This document shows positions 7,520 through 16,047 of a stretch of DNA of 64,000 nucleotides, piece by piece; within the stretch, counting starts at the first letter, position 1; each line of letters begins with the position of its first letter. The notes beneath the pieces were generated by a model. That model was not told where the DNA came from and made no database searches. It was given only the letters and a program-made list of their open reading frames with translations. The stretch is taken from positions 1-64,000 of the forward strand of contig JBBCAW010000013.1 of NCBI GenBank assembly GCA_051382295.1, written 5' to 3'. Source of the DNA: Bdellovibrionota bacterium FG-1. Its GTDB lineage: Bacteria > Bdellovibrionota > UBA1018. Position numbers and translations under genes: made by a program.

Positions 7520-10507
7520 CGCAAGTGTCTCAATGCGCTTCACCATTAAACTTTGATCCGCTTGCACCTTCCCACTCACCCCTAAGAAACCATGACCGCG
7601 CAAGATCTCTTCGTACTTTTCATACACCTCGGCATGGATCACCAAATCAACCAAACCCTCTTGGTCCTCAAGCGTCGCAAAGCACATTCCCTTGGCAGTC
7701 GGCGGCCGCTGACACGCAATGACCAATCCTGCCACCTGGAGCCAACTTCCATGCGAAGCCCCTCGCACGGTTTGACTCGTGACCCTCGAAAATGCCCCCT
7801 TGAGCTTTTTGCGCAACACCTGCATCGGATGCCCCTGGGTTGAAAGCCCAAAAGACCGATAATCTGCGCGAATCGACTCATGCTCGGCCATAGGCGAAAA
7901 CACCGCCTGATCTCCACTTCCAATCCCAGCCGAGAAAAAATCCAACTGCTCCGCAAGATGAACTCCTCGATACGACAAGAGCTCCCATAAAGCTTCGCGT
8001 TGACTCAGGCCAAAACACGCAAAAGCGTCGCCCATCGCTAGTCCCTCCAAGACAAGCGGTTTAAGCCTCGTCCGACGAACAAAATTCCCCAGACTTAAAA
8101 AAGGTCCTTCCGTAGTACGATTTTCCTGTAATGCGCTAAACTCCATTTCAGACAAACTTCGAACGACCCGAAAGCCGATTCGAATTCCTAGCCGCCCATC
8201 GGGACCTTTTTCAAGCGAAGAGTCCCAGCCGGACAAGTGAGGATGCACGGGAAAAACTAAAACCCCATGCCGTTTCACTTCATCGACCAAAGTATGCGAA
8301 GAATAAAAGCCCATCGGTTGCGAGTTCAAAAGAGCTTGGCAAAACTCCGCGGGATAATGACACTTAAGATAGGCTGAAACATAAGCCAAAAGCGCAAACG
8401 AAGCCGCATGTGACTCTGGAAAGCCATACTCCGCAAAACCCTGGATTTGTTTGAAAATTCGTTCTACAAATTCGAGTGGTAACCCGCTCCTCAAAAGCCC
8501 CTCTCTCAGTCGAAGCCCCACGCGCTCGATGGACCCACTCGAACGCCAAGCGCCAATAGCTCGCCGAAGTTCATCGGCTTCGCCCGGTGTAAAACCCGCC
8601 AGTTCAATGGCCATCTTCATGACTTGTTCTTGAAACAGCGGAACACCCAACGTCTTACTTAAAATCGGCACTAATTTAGGATGAGGGTAATCGACAATCT
8701 CCTCACCCTTTCGTCGCCTCAAATAGGGATGAACCATCTGGCCCACGATCGGCCCCGGTCTGACGATAGCGACTTGAATCACAAGATCGTAATAAGTTTG
8801 AGGCTTAAGCCGTCGAAGCATTCCCATTTGCGCGCGAGACTCAATTTGAAAAACCCCGACCGTGTCGCCTTTTTGTATCATTTGATAAGTGGGCAAATCA
8901 TCGGCAGGCACTCCATAGAGTTTCAATCCGACTTGCTTGAGAGTTTTTTGAATCGCGGTCAACATCCCCAATGCCAGGATATCCACCTTCAAAAGTCCGA
9001 TGACCGCGAGATCTTCTTTATCCCACTGAACAATGGTGCGCGCTTCCATGCGCGCCGGCTCAATCGGTACCGTTTCAATGATCGGATCGGCAGAAAGAGT
9101 AAAGCCTCCTGAATGGATCGACAGATGCCTCGGAAAACCGTAAATTTCATCCATCAGTTTTTGAGCCGTCGGATCATGCGCCGCTACTTCAGGCCTCAGC
9201 CCCAAAGCCTTCGAAATATCGCGAATCGCGGAGCGCGTCCGATAGGTGACCACTGCGGCGACCATTCCGGCCCGATCCCGCCCATATTTTTGATAAATAT
9301 GCTGAATCACTTCTTCCCGCCGCTCATGCTCAAAATCCACATCAATATCCGGCGGCTCTCCACGCTCGGCCGAGATAAACCGTTCAAAAAGTAAATTCAT
9401 CCGCACTGGATCCACCGCCGTAATTCCTAAGCAGTAACAAATCGCCGAATTGGCGGCCGATCCTCGACCTTGACACAAAATTTCGCGCGCGCGCGCGAAT
9501 TCCACAATTTCCCAAATAGTCAAAAAATAATCGGCAAAGCCCAACTCGTTCACCAGCTTGAGTTCGTGTTCCAACTGCTGCAAGACGGCATCGGAAATCA
9601 AGGCCCCATAACGACTTTGAGCGCCTTCAAAAGTGAGGCGACGGAGATAACCATAAGCCGTTTCACTCGTGGGAATCCACTCGGAGGGGTAACGATAACG
9701 AAGTTCGGACGGAGAGAAGCTACAATGATTGGCGATCTTGACGCTATTACGGAGTGCCTGCGGAAGCTCCTGGAAAAGGACCGCCATCTGCGCCGGAGAT
9801 TTAAGAAAGCGCTCTCCATTAGAAAAGACCTCAAAACCGAGTTCATTTAAATTTCGATTACACCGAATAGAGGTCAAAGAATCTTGAAGCTTACGCCGTT
9901 CAGCGTGATGATAGTGCACTTCATTTGTGGCCACTACTTCGAGGCTCAACTGCTGCGCCAAAGACAAGGAGTGCTGGATTCTTTTCTGATCTCGGCCATC
10001 CAAGGTTCGCGAAACGGGCAAATAAAGCCGTTCACCAAAAAAGTCCCGCAGCGTTCTGAGCGTCTCCAAAGAGGCAGCACCCTCTTCCGGCAAGGCAAAA
10101 AGACCCTCACGCCCCTTCGCGAAGCGGCCATCTTCCATAAACTCTAAGAAACGACGCCACTCTAAACTACAGTCCCCCTTGGACTTACCTTCATGGCTGG
10201 CACTGAGAAGTCGGCACATCAGCCCATAACCCGCACGATTTGCGGCAAGAAGCGTGAGACCGGGTAAATCTCCCGCGAGGGTCAACTCCGCCCCAGAAAT
10301 CAGCTTGAAGTTCACTCGACGTTCTTCGGGCAAGTTTTTCCAAGCGGAGTAAGCTTTCGGAACTCCGTAAACCCCATTGAGATCCGTGATCGCAAGAGCT
10401 TGAAGCCCAAGCGCTGCGGCCCTTTCTACGAGTTCCGCCGGATGCGAGGCTCCCCTTAAAAAAGAATAATGAGTGCGACAGCGAAGCTCCGCGTACCATT
10501 CGGTCAA
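7514..10507 (-). CDS. dnaE2: error-prone DNA polymerase DnaE2 (ImuC)
   Basis: PHP domain HYSFLRGASHPAELV, QGRGSAANS, PPDIDVDFEHERREEVIQ, GFPESHAASFA, C-terminal OB fold. Confidence 0.97.
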   Translation of the reverse strand: MTEWYAELRCRTHYSFLRGASHPAELVERAAALGLQALAITDLNGVYGVPKAYSAWKNLPEERRVNFKLISGAELTLAGDLPGLTLLAANRAGYGLMCRLLSASHEGKSKGDCSLEWRRFLEFMEDGRFAKGREGLFALPEEGAASLETLRTLRDFFGERLYLPVSRTLDGRDQKRIQHSLSLAQQLSLEVVATNEVHYHHAERRKLQDSLTSIRCNRNLNELGFEVFSNGERFLKSPAQMAVLFQELPQALRNSVKIANHCSFSPSELRYRYPSEWIPTSETAYGYLRRLTFEGAQSRYGALISDAVLQQLEHELKLVNELGFADYFLTIWEIVEFARAREILCQGRGSAANSAICYCLGITAVDPVRMNLLFERFISAERGEPPDIDVDFEHERREEVIQHIYQKYGRDRAGMVAAVVTYRTRSAIRDISKALGLRPEVAAHDPTAQKLMDEIYGFPRHLSIHSGGFTLSADPIIETVPIEPARMEARTIVQWDKEDLAVIGLLKVDILALGMLTAIQKTLKQVGLKLYGVPADDLPTYQMIQKGDTVGVFQIESRAQMGMLRRLKPQTYYDLVIQVAIVRPGPIVGQMVHPYLRRRKGEEIVDYPHPKLVPILSKTLGVPLFQEQVMKMAIELAGFTPGEADELRRAIGAWRSSGSIERVGLRLREGLLRSGLPLEFVERIFKQIQGFAEYGFPESHAASFALLAYVSAYLKCHYPAEFCQALLNSQPMGFYSSHTLVDEVKRHGVLVFPVHPHLSGWDSSLEKGPDGRLGIRIGFRVVRSLSEMEFSALQENRTTEGPFLSLGNFVRRTRLKPLVLEGLAMGDAFACFGLSQREALWELLSYRGVHLAEQLDFFSAGIGSGDQAVFSPMAEHESIRADYRSFGLSTQGHPMQVLRKKLKGAFSRVTSQTVRGASHGSWLQVAGLVIACQRPPTAKGMCFATLEDQEGLVDLVIHAEVYEKYEEILRGHGFLGVSGKVQADQSLMVKRIETLAL

Positions 10508-11841
10508 TCAAAATAACCATGAAGATAAAGAGAAGCGTGATCAACATACACCCAAAGGTGCTCGCCACTCTCCGCCACTACTCGATAGTAATCCCGGCAA
10601 AAACCGCTATTTTCAGCACTCTTCCACCACTCTCCTGAAATTCGCTCCGGCCCTTGCCAACTCAAAACCTTCCATCGCCTGCCATCCGAGGCATTCAAAC
10701 AGCGGTCTTGAGAATCCAAAGGTTCGGGTTGCTTCAAAATCCGAGTCGGACGATCCGAACCCCTCACTTCCGGAACCAAAACATCAGTTTCGGGCATGAG
10801 CTTCCGCGAGTAAGCGCTTTCTGGCAGATACCTTTGCTCAGGAAGTGCAACGAAAACCCGGTCTTTTCCGAGTTTTTGAGAAAGTCGCGCCACAAGCCCA
10901 TCCCAAACCTCTTGTTCTTGCTCTTTCTTTGAGAAGAAATCGCGCTGCTGCCCCATTCCCGGCACGGTTTCGAGCACTTCCAATTCGATTTTTTCGATCG
11001 GGCAAAGCAAAGGGGTGCGCGCGAGTTCAAAGGCCAGGCGTTCTCGGAGAATGGGCATTAAAAGCGTCGTCGATCCCTGCGGCAAAGGGAGCTCGATCCG
11101 CCATTGTCTTTTCTCGGGCCCAAAGCGAAGTTCCAAGACTGAAACCCGCTCCAGCCGTCCTCGAAGACGAGCCATGGCCTTGTCGACCACTTGTTTCAAG
11201 ACAAAAACCACGCCTTCAAGATCCACACATAATCCGTGAGCTTCAGGGTCACAGACTTCAGAACGTTCTATCACTCGCGGAGTAGGATAAAACCCCGGCC
11301 AGGCTGGCGAAAATTCACCGTGAACAGAAGCCATAACCGCAAGCGCGGTTCTTCCAAATCGGGAGGCCAAACTGGCGCGTGGAAGACACGCAAAAGCGCC
11401 CACGTTGAGCACGCCCAATGCCTTGAGCGCGGAACGAAGTCGGGTCATTTGTTTTTCATCATCCACTTGATGGCAAAACGGACTGCCATAATCCGTAAGC
11501 GCTTCGAGCGGGAGTTGATGAAGGTCTCGTGTTCGCGCATAATTGGGGTATTTTGCGGCAGCCAAGGCCGAAGCGGCTGTATCAGCGATCGCGATTCGCA
11601 CCGGAGTACGAAGCACTCGGGCTGCTAGAACTTTTAATCGCGCTTCTATAGTCGCCTCTGAAAAAAGTGCGCGACTTTTTCCGATCTCGATAAAAATCGC
11701 TTCGTTTTCACGAACCGCCACTTGTGGACTGAGCCGTAAACAAGCTTCCGCCAAAGCCTTGAGCGCCTGCTCATGACTCCCGCCTCCCACCACCCAAACA
11801 CAAGCCACGCGTTGACGCTTTAAGGAACAGACATTTGCCAT
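10504..11841 (-). CDS. imuB: ImuB, Y-family polymerase-like mutagenesis protein
   Basis: C-terminal GPERISGEWW...RDYYRV...YLHGYFD; overlaps the dnaE2 start. Confidence 0.9.
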   Translation of the reverse strand: MANVCSLKRQRVACVWVVGGGSHEQALKALAEACLRLSPQVAVRENEAIFIEIGKSRALFSEATIEARLKVLAARVLRTPVRIAIADTAASALAAAKYPNYARTRDLHQLPLEALTDYGSPFCHQVDDEKQMTRLRSALKALGVLNVGAFACLPRASLASRFGRTALAVMASVHGEFSPAWPGFYPTPRVIERSEVCDPEAHGLCVDLEGVVFVLKQVVDKAMARLRGRLERVSVLELRFGPEKRQWRIELPLPQGSTTLLMPILRERLAFELARTPLLCPIEKIELEVLETVPGMGQQRDFFSKKEQEQEVWDGLVARLSQKLGKDRVFVALPEQRYLPESAYSRKLMPETDVLVPEVRGSDRPTRILKQPEPLDSQDRCLNASDGRRWKVLSWQGPERISGEWWKSAENSGFCRDYYRVVAESGEHLWVYVDHASLYLHGYFD

Positions 11842-12449
11842 GATTTTTGACCCTTATATTTTAAAATATCGAGAAGCACTTCAGACTCCACCTGGTTTTC
11901 CAAAAAACCTGCACCGAGCGGTCTTCCTGACAACCGAGGAACCCAACGTCGAGAAATCTGAAGCTGCACCGAGATCGGCCAGGTTCCGCGCTTTGCAGGA
12001 CTTTCAGAAAGTAAGATGACGGTAACGCCCCCTTTTTCTGCCGCAAGCTGAAGTCTCCGAAGCAGTTTTTCATCATAAACACCTTGCAGCTCGCGCTGAC
12101 ATCCGGCCAAAACCACGACCTGAAAAATCCCCCCTCGAATGAGCTGATGAGTGCTCCAAAGAGCTTGACCTGGCGGGCTATCCACAAAGAGGACGCGATC
12201 GAGCGCGACTTGATTTTGGGGGAAGGCACACGGATAGACGCTAAAGTTTTCTTCCACCCAAGCCACCCGAAGCCCCGGGTTCTGAGCCAAAAAGCGCAAC
12301 ACAATCTGCGTCTTACCTGAGCCAGGGGCGCCACTCACTTCAACTAACGCACCCAAGGGAAGCCCTTCATCCAGCCCTTCAAAAGGGAGGCTTTCAGAGG
12401 TTTTTTTAGGCATTTTTCTATACAAACTCAAAAGATCGATGGCATTCAT
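11820..12449 (-). CDS. imuA: ImuA, RecA-like mutagenesis protein
   Basis: GLPLGALVEVSGAPGSGKT, LRRLQLAAEKGG; upstream of imuB; start at 12449 or 12413. Confidence 0.85.
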   Translation of the reverse strand: MNAIDLLSLYRKMPKKTSESLPFEGLDEGLPLGALVEVSGAPGSGKTQIVLRFLAQNPGLRVAWVEENFSVYPCAFPQNQVALDRVLFVDSPPGQALWSTHQLIRGGIFQVVVLAGCQRELQGVYDEKLLRRLQLAAEKGGVTVILLSESPAKRGTWPISVQLQISRRWVPRLSGRPLGAGFLENQVESEVLLDILKYKGQKSWQMSVP

Positions 12450-12465
12450 ACTCCATTTAGGATAT

Positions 12466-12481
12466 CCATACAGATGTATGG
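12466..12481. promoter_or_regulatory. palindrome CCATACA-GA-TGTATGG, candidate LexA operator
   Basis: perfect 7-bp inverted repeat in the short gap between divergent imuA and lexA. Confidence 0.65.
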
Positions 12482-13077
12482 TGTCCACAACTTTGTCCCC
12501 CAAACAGGCAGAAACGCTGGCGTACATTGAAAGTGAAATTACAAGGCAGGGTCGCCCTCCCACCTATCGGGATATCGCGCGCGCCCTAGGCTATGACGCC
12601 GTCGGTACGGTGCAAGACCATATTAGCGCGTTGATTCGCAAAGGTTTCCTCCACAAAGAGCCGGGTGTCGCACGCGGCATCCGGCTCACCCGTCGAACGG
12701 AGTCGATTGATATTCCCATCTTAGGAGCGATCCCCGCGGGCCCCCCCATGGAAGCCATAGAAAACGCGCTTGGCTATCTTTCTATTCCCGCACAATGGAA
12801 GGGCGAGATTTACGCTTTACGAGTCACGGGCGAAAGCATGATCAATGCCGGAATTTTTGATGGCGACTTCGTCATCATACATCGCCAAGCTGCGGTTCAC
12901 AGCGGAGACATCGTCGTGGCGATGATTGATGGCGAGTGCACGGTTAAATACCTCGAAAGAAAGTCGGGGCAGGCGCGGCTCTTACCCGCAAACCCACGAT
13001 TCAAGCCGATCGAGATCCCGCCTGAAAGCGACAACCTGATTCAGGGTAAGGTAGTTTCGGTGCAGCGGTATTATTAG
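12478..13077 (+). CDS. lexA: LexA SOS repressor
   Basis: PPTYRDIARALG wHTH, IPAG cleavage site, GESM Ser, TVK Lys. Confidence 0.95.
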   Translation: MVSTTLSPKQAETLAYIESEITRQGRPPTYRDIARALGYDAVGTVQDHISALIRKGFLHKEPGVARGIRLTRRTESIDIPILGAIPAGPPMEAIENALGYLSIPAQWKGEIYALRVTGESMINAGIFDGDFVIIHRQAAVHSGDIVVAMIDGECTVKYLERKSGQARLLPANPRFKPIEIPPESDNLIQGKVVSVQRYY

Positions 13078-13127
13078 GGGCGTGGCGTAAGGCGCCTTTT
13101 AAACATTAATCCACTGGTTTTTAGATA

Positions 13128-13190
13128 GTTATAAAAACAACACTACATGTCGTTTTTATAACACCTTTCGAAAAACGACATGTTATGCTA
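13128..13190 (+). promoter_or_regulatory. overlapping inverted repeats and an extended -10 upstream of the ATPase
   Basis: GTTATAAAAACAACA/TGTCGTTTTTATAAC and ACATGTCGTTTTT/AAAAACGACATGT; TGnTATGCT. Confidence 0.55.
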
Positions 13191-13202
13191 TTCTTATCAT
13201 AC

Positions 13203-14423
13203 ATGCCACACTCCCGAAAAAGGTACATTGAACCTCTCCTCAAAAACAGCATGAGCCTAAGTCCCTTAGTGGGAGTCCTTGGACATCGACAAGTCGGAAA
13301 AACCACGTTGCTTGAACACCTATCCCAACGATATTTTGTGCTCGACAAAAAAAAGGAACAAACCGAGGCGCAAACAGACCCGCAGAGTTACCTTGCCTCG
13401 CGAGCAGGAACTTGGGTAGCACTCGACGAATGTCAAAGCGTTCCGGATCTTTTCCCAGAGCTAAAAGAATGGGTTCGAACGCATAAAAAACCAGGACAGT
13501 TTATTTTGAGTGGTTCGGTTCGCTTCAGCTCTCGAGAAGCCATTAAAGAGTCCCTTACGGGCAGAATCGTCAACCTGGATCTACTCCCCTTTACCGTCAC
13601 GGAAGCGCATTCAGAACCACTATCTGACTTTCTCCTTAAAGCGCTCGACGCTTCTGATTTTATGCGATGGGCGCAGTCCCTTTCATACTCATTGTCGACT
13701 ATCGATAAACGTCATCAACAACTCAGAAAGTACTGGGAAACCGGAGGACTCCCGGGAGTGTGCTTCCTCCATGATCCCAAGCAAAGACGATTCAAAATCG
13801 AAGAACAACTGCTCACCATTCTGGACCGTGATATTCGCCTAGTGAAAAAGATTCAGCTCCCGCTAGGCGATATTCGAGCGGTTTTGACGTCGCTAGCCGA
13901 ACAGCAAGGTTCACCGCTCGATTTATCACGAATTCGAATTGAGACCGGCGTCTCATTCCCCAGTATCAAAAAATTACTCTATGTCTTTGAGGCAACCTTT
14001 CTCATTCGTCCGATTCGAATCATCGGATCCTCAAAGGGCACTTGTGTATATTTTGAAGATCAAGCCGAGGCGAGGAGTCTTACCCCTCAAAAAAAATATT
14101 CCGACCTCGAACTCTTTACTCACTCCCTTTTTTTGAACCTCCGCGCCCAATTCGAATACCGCATTGGGGAGACCTATTCTACATTTCGATTCGAAACACG
14201 AGGTGGAGCCTTAGTTCCCCTTTGTTTTCAAACTCAAATGGGAACAATGGGGATCATTCCTGTTTTGTCCGACGAAGATGCTTACCGCCAAAACACGGGG
14301 AGTATTCGGAGTTTCTTGAGCAAGTATTCTCAATCCAAGATACTCCTCGTTCATCTCTCCAAAAAGGCACCCAAGGCCATCACTGATCGCGTCCTGAGCG
14401 TCGCGGCAGGATCGATTCTTTAA
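13203..14423 (+). CDS. AAA_14 ATPase with DUF4143-type C-terminus
   Basis: GHRQVGKTT Walker A, VALDECQ Walker B, GQFILSGS, ESLTGR, GGLPG; probable start MPHSRKRY. Confidence 0.85.
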   Translation: MPHSRKRYIEPLLKNSMSLSPLVGVLGHRQVGKTTLLEHLSQRYFVLDKKKEQTEAQTDPQSYLASRAGTWVALDECQSVPDLFPELKEWVRTHKKPGQFILSGSVRFSSREAIKESLTGRIVNLDLLPFTVTEAHSEPLSDFLLKALDASDFMRWAQSLSYSLSTIDKRHQQLRKYWETGGLPGVCFLHDPKQRRFKIEEQLLTILDRDIRLVKKIQLPLGDIRAVLTSLAEQQGSPLDLSRIRIETGVSFPSIKKLLYVFEATFLIRPIRIIGSSKGTCVYFEDQAEARSLTPQKKYSDLELFTHSLFLNLRAQFEYRIGETYSTFRFETRGGALVPLCFQTQMGTMGIIPVLSDEDAYRQNTGSIRSFLSKYSQSKILLVHLSKKAPKAITDRVLSVAAGSIL

Positions 14424-14463
14424 ATCCGCCCTTCACGTCCTGATACCCCTCGAGCCAGTGGGA

Positions 14464-14640
14464 TTTACTGCCGCTAAACGGCAGTTCAGGCCTTTCGCCA
14501 CCTACTTAACTCCCTTTACTGCCTCAGGCCGGCAGTAGAAGTCTTTGTCCCCCCACTGAACCGCATCTACTGCCGCTAGACGGCAGTTCAGGCCGCTGAC
14601 CCTTACCCCAACTCTGTTTACTGCCGCGCACAGGCAGTTG
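14464..14640. repeat. non-coding array of four ACTGCC-N7-GGCAGT palindromes at an exact 51-bp period
   Basis: ACTGCC starts at 14467, 14518, 14569 and 14620; 32-nt interspaces; stop codons in all six frames. Confidence 0.9.
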
Positions 14641-14753
14641 ATGCAACTCATGGCCGTGAATCAAAAATCCGAAGCGCCTTAACAGCTGTCCAAAACGTAG
14701 ACACCCACCATCACTCTATCGATCATATAAAGCCATTACACCTCGAACTCAAT

Positions 14754-14769
14754 CGGCACGCAAGTTGCT
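14754..14769 (+). promoter_or_regulatory. sigma54 -24/-12 promoter
   Basis: CGGCAC-GCAAG-TTGCT upstream of the ORF at 14815. Confidence 0.7.
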
Positions 14770-14814
14770 CTATGACTCAAACGTGCTGAAACTATCTCAG
14801 CCAGGAGATTTCAA

Positions 14815-15231
14815 ATGGCTTCAAAAAATTATCGGTTAATCCTCATCGGACTGTCATTTTTGTCAACGGCAAGTATCTCCGCACAAGCGGATTTGAAGTC
14901 TCTCACGGGATTTCAAGGCTATTGGCAATCCGACAACGTGGTCCTCCATTTCGTACTCCAAAATACGAACACTCAAGAGGAACCTTTTTTGGAAAAACAC
15001 CTCTGCCGCGCCTCGGTCTTTCAAACGACGGGTGAGTGCCTGAATTCAGATCCAAGCATTGTTCTATGGAACGACACGATCAAAAAGCTCTGTGGATCAT
15101 CCCAGCGGACGGATTCAACCCCCTGTGACCTGAGCTATGAACTAGATCCATCTCGATCGGATGTCTTACTGGAGGGTGTGGTGCCAGCGCCTCATGGATG
15201 GAAACCTTCGTCCTATGAGCGGATTAAATGA
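14815..15231 (+). CDS. secreted hypothetical protein
   Basis: RBS AGGAG; signal peptide ending AQA-D; four Cys. Confidence 0.7.
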   Translation: MASKNYRLILIGLSFLSTASISAQADLKSLTGFQGYWQSDNVVLHFVLQNTNTQEEPFLEKHLCRASVFQTTGECLNSDPSIVLWNDTIKKLCGSSQRTDSTPCDLSYELDPSRSDVLLEGVVPAPHGWKPSSYERIK

Positions 15232-15968
15232 AATTTAAAAACCGCGCCCGCCCGATGTCCATGGTGATCTTCACAAGTAGGGCAAGTGTTTTCCATTCGG
15301 GCCTGAGCAATCGCTCTTTGCCAGGAGCCAATAAAATTGAGCGCCATTGGATTCGAAAGTTCCATTGAGCCAGTATTCTTAAAAACGCTTTTGATCTCTG
15401 AAAGACTGAACTTCTTTCCATTCGATAAGGCCTTTGGCTTGTAACAGGAGAACCCCATAATCCGGGGAGAATTATCGCCCTTTTGCCCCGCCACGGGTAA
15501 GGCTTCCAAGATGCCATCCCTCGACTGAGCCACGCGATACATGACTTGCGTATTGCGCTTAGCCTTGGCCGTGGATACTGAAGAACTGTAGATTTTCATC
15601 TCACCCGATGGCGGGCCATTTTCCCGAGCAAATCGAACTTTACAATAAGGGGCGGAAGTATCCGGAAAAGAAGATCCGATGACTTTTTCTAAACCCGCTG
15701 GCACCAGGTTTCCGTTTTGAACAATGAGTTCCAAAGGTGCACTTCCCGGGGCTCCAAAGAGCGAATAATCCTGGATCATGCCTAGGAATAAAAATGAGGA
15801 CGGCAGTAATTCGGCATTCTCGGCATTAGGTTTTACAGATGGCACCACTTTTGGATTTTGTGCGACCGCCCGAAGTTTTGGAGGCTGGGGAATAAGGTCA
15901 GGCGTTTGACTAAGCCAAGATCTCTCTCGATATCTCGGAATAACTTCGGTCCCTGTTCCCTCCGACAC
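15213..15968 (-). CDS. hypothetical protein
   Basis: 251-aa ORF; GTG start with GAGGAG RBS. Confidence 0.6.
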   Translation of the reverse strand: MSEGTGTEVIPRYRERSWLSQTPDLIPQPPKLRAVAQNPKVVPSVKPNAENAELLPSSFLFLGMIQDYSLFGAPGSAPLELIVQNGNLVPAGLEKVIGSSFPDTSAPYCKVRFARENGPPSGEMKIYSSSVSTAKAKRNTQVMYRVAQSRDGILEALPVAGQKGDNSPRIMGFSCYKPKALSNGKKFSLSEIKSVFKNTGSMELSNPMALNFIGSWQRAIAQARMENTCPTCEDHHGHRAGAVFKFHLIRS

Positions 15969-16047
15969 AGTGTCTCCTCTGACGCATTTTTAATTATCTA
16001 CAAAACACCGATAATAAATAAAGACAACGTCTATTGAGGATACCTTT

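Noticed and set aside
7330..12334. Many 60-160 aa ORFs antisense or out of frame within dnaE2, imuB and imuA (and likewise within liu, pot and tad genes)
   Set aside because: They overlap well-supported genes and show no motifs or RBS.
14464..14640. Calling the array a canonical CRISPR
   Set aside because: The conserved part is only about 19-22 nt with a variable loop, the interspaces resemble each other, and no cas gene or clear leader is present; kept as an unexplained repeat.
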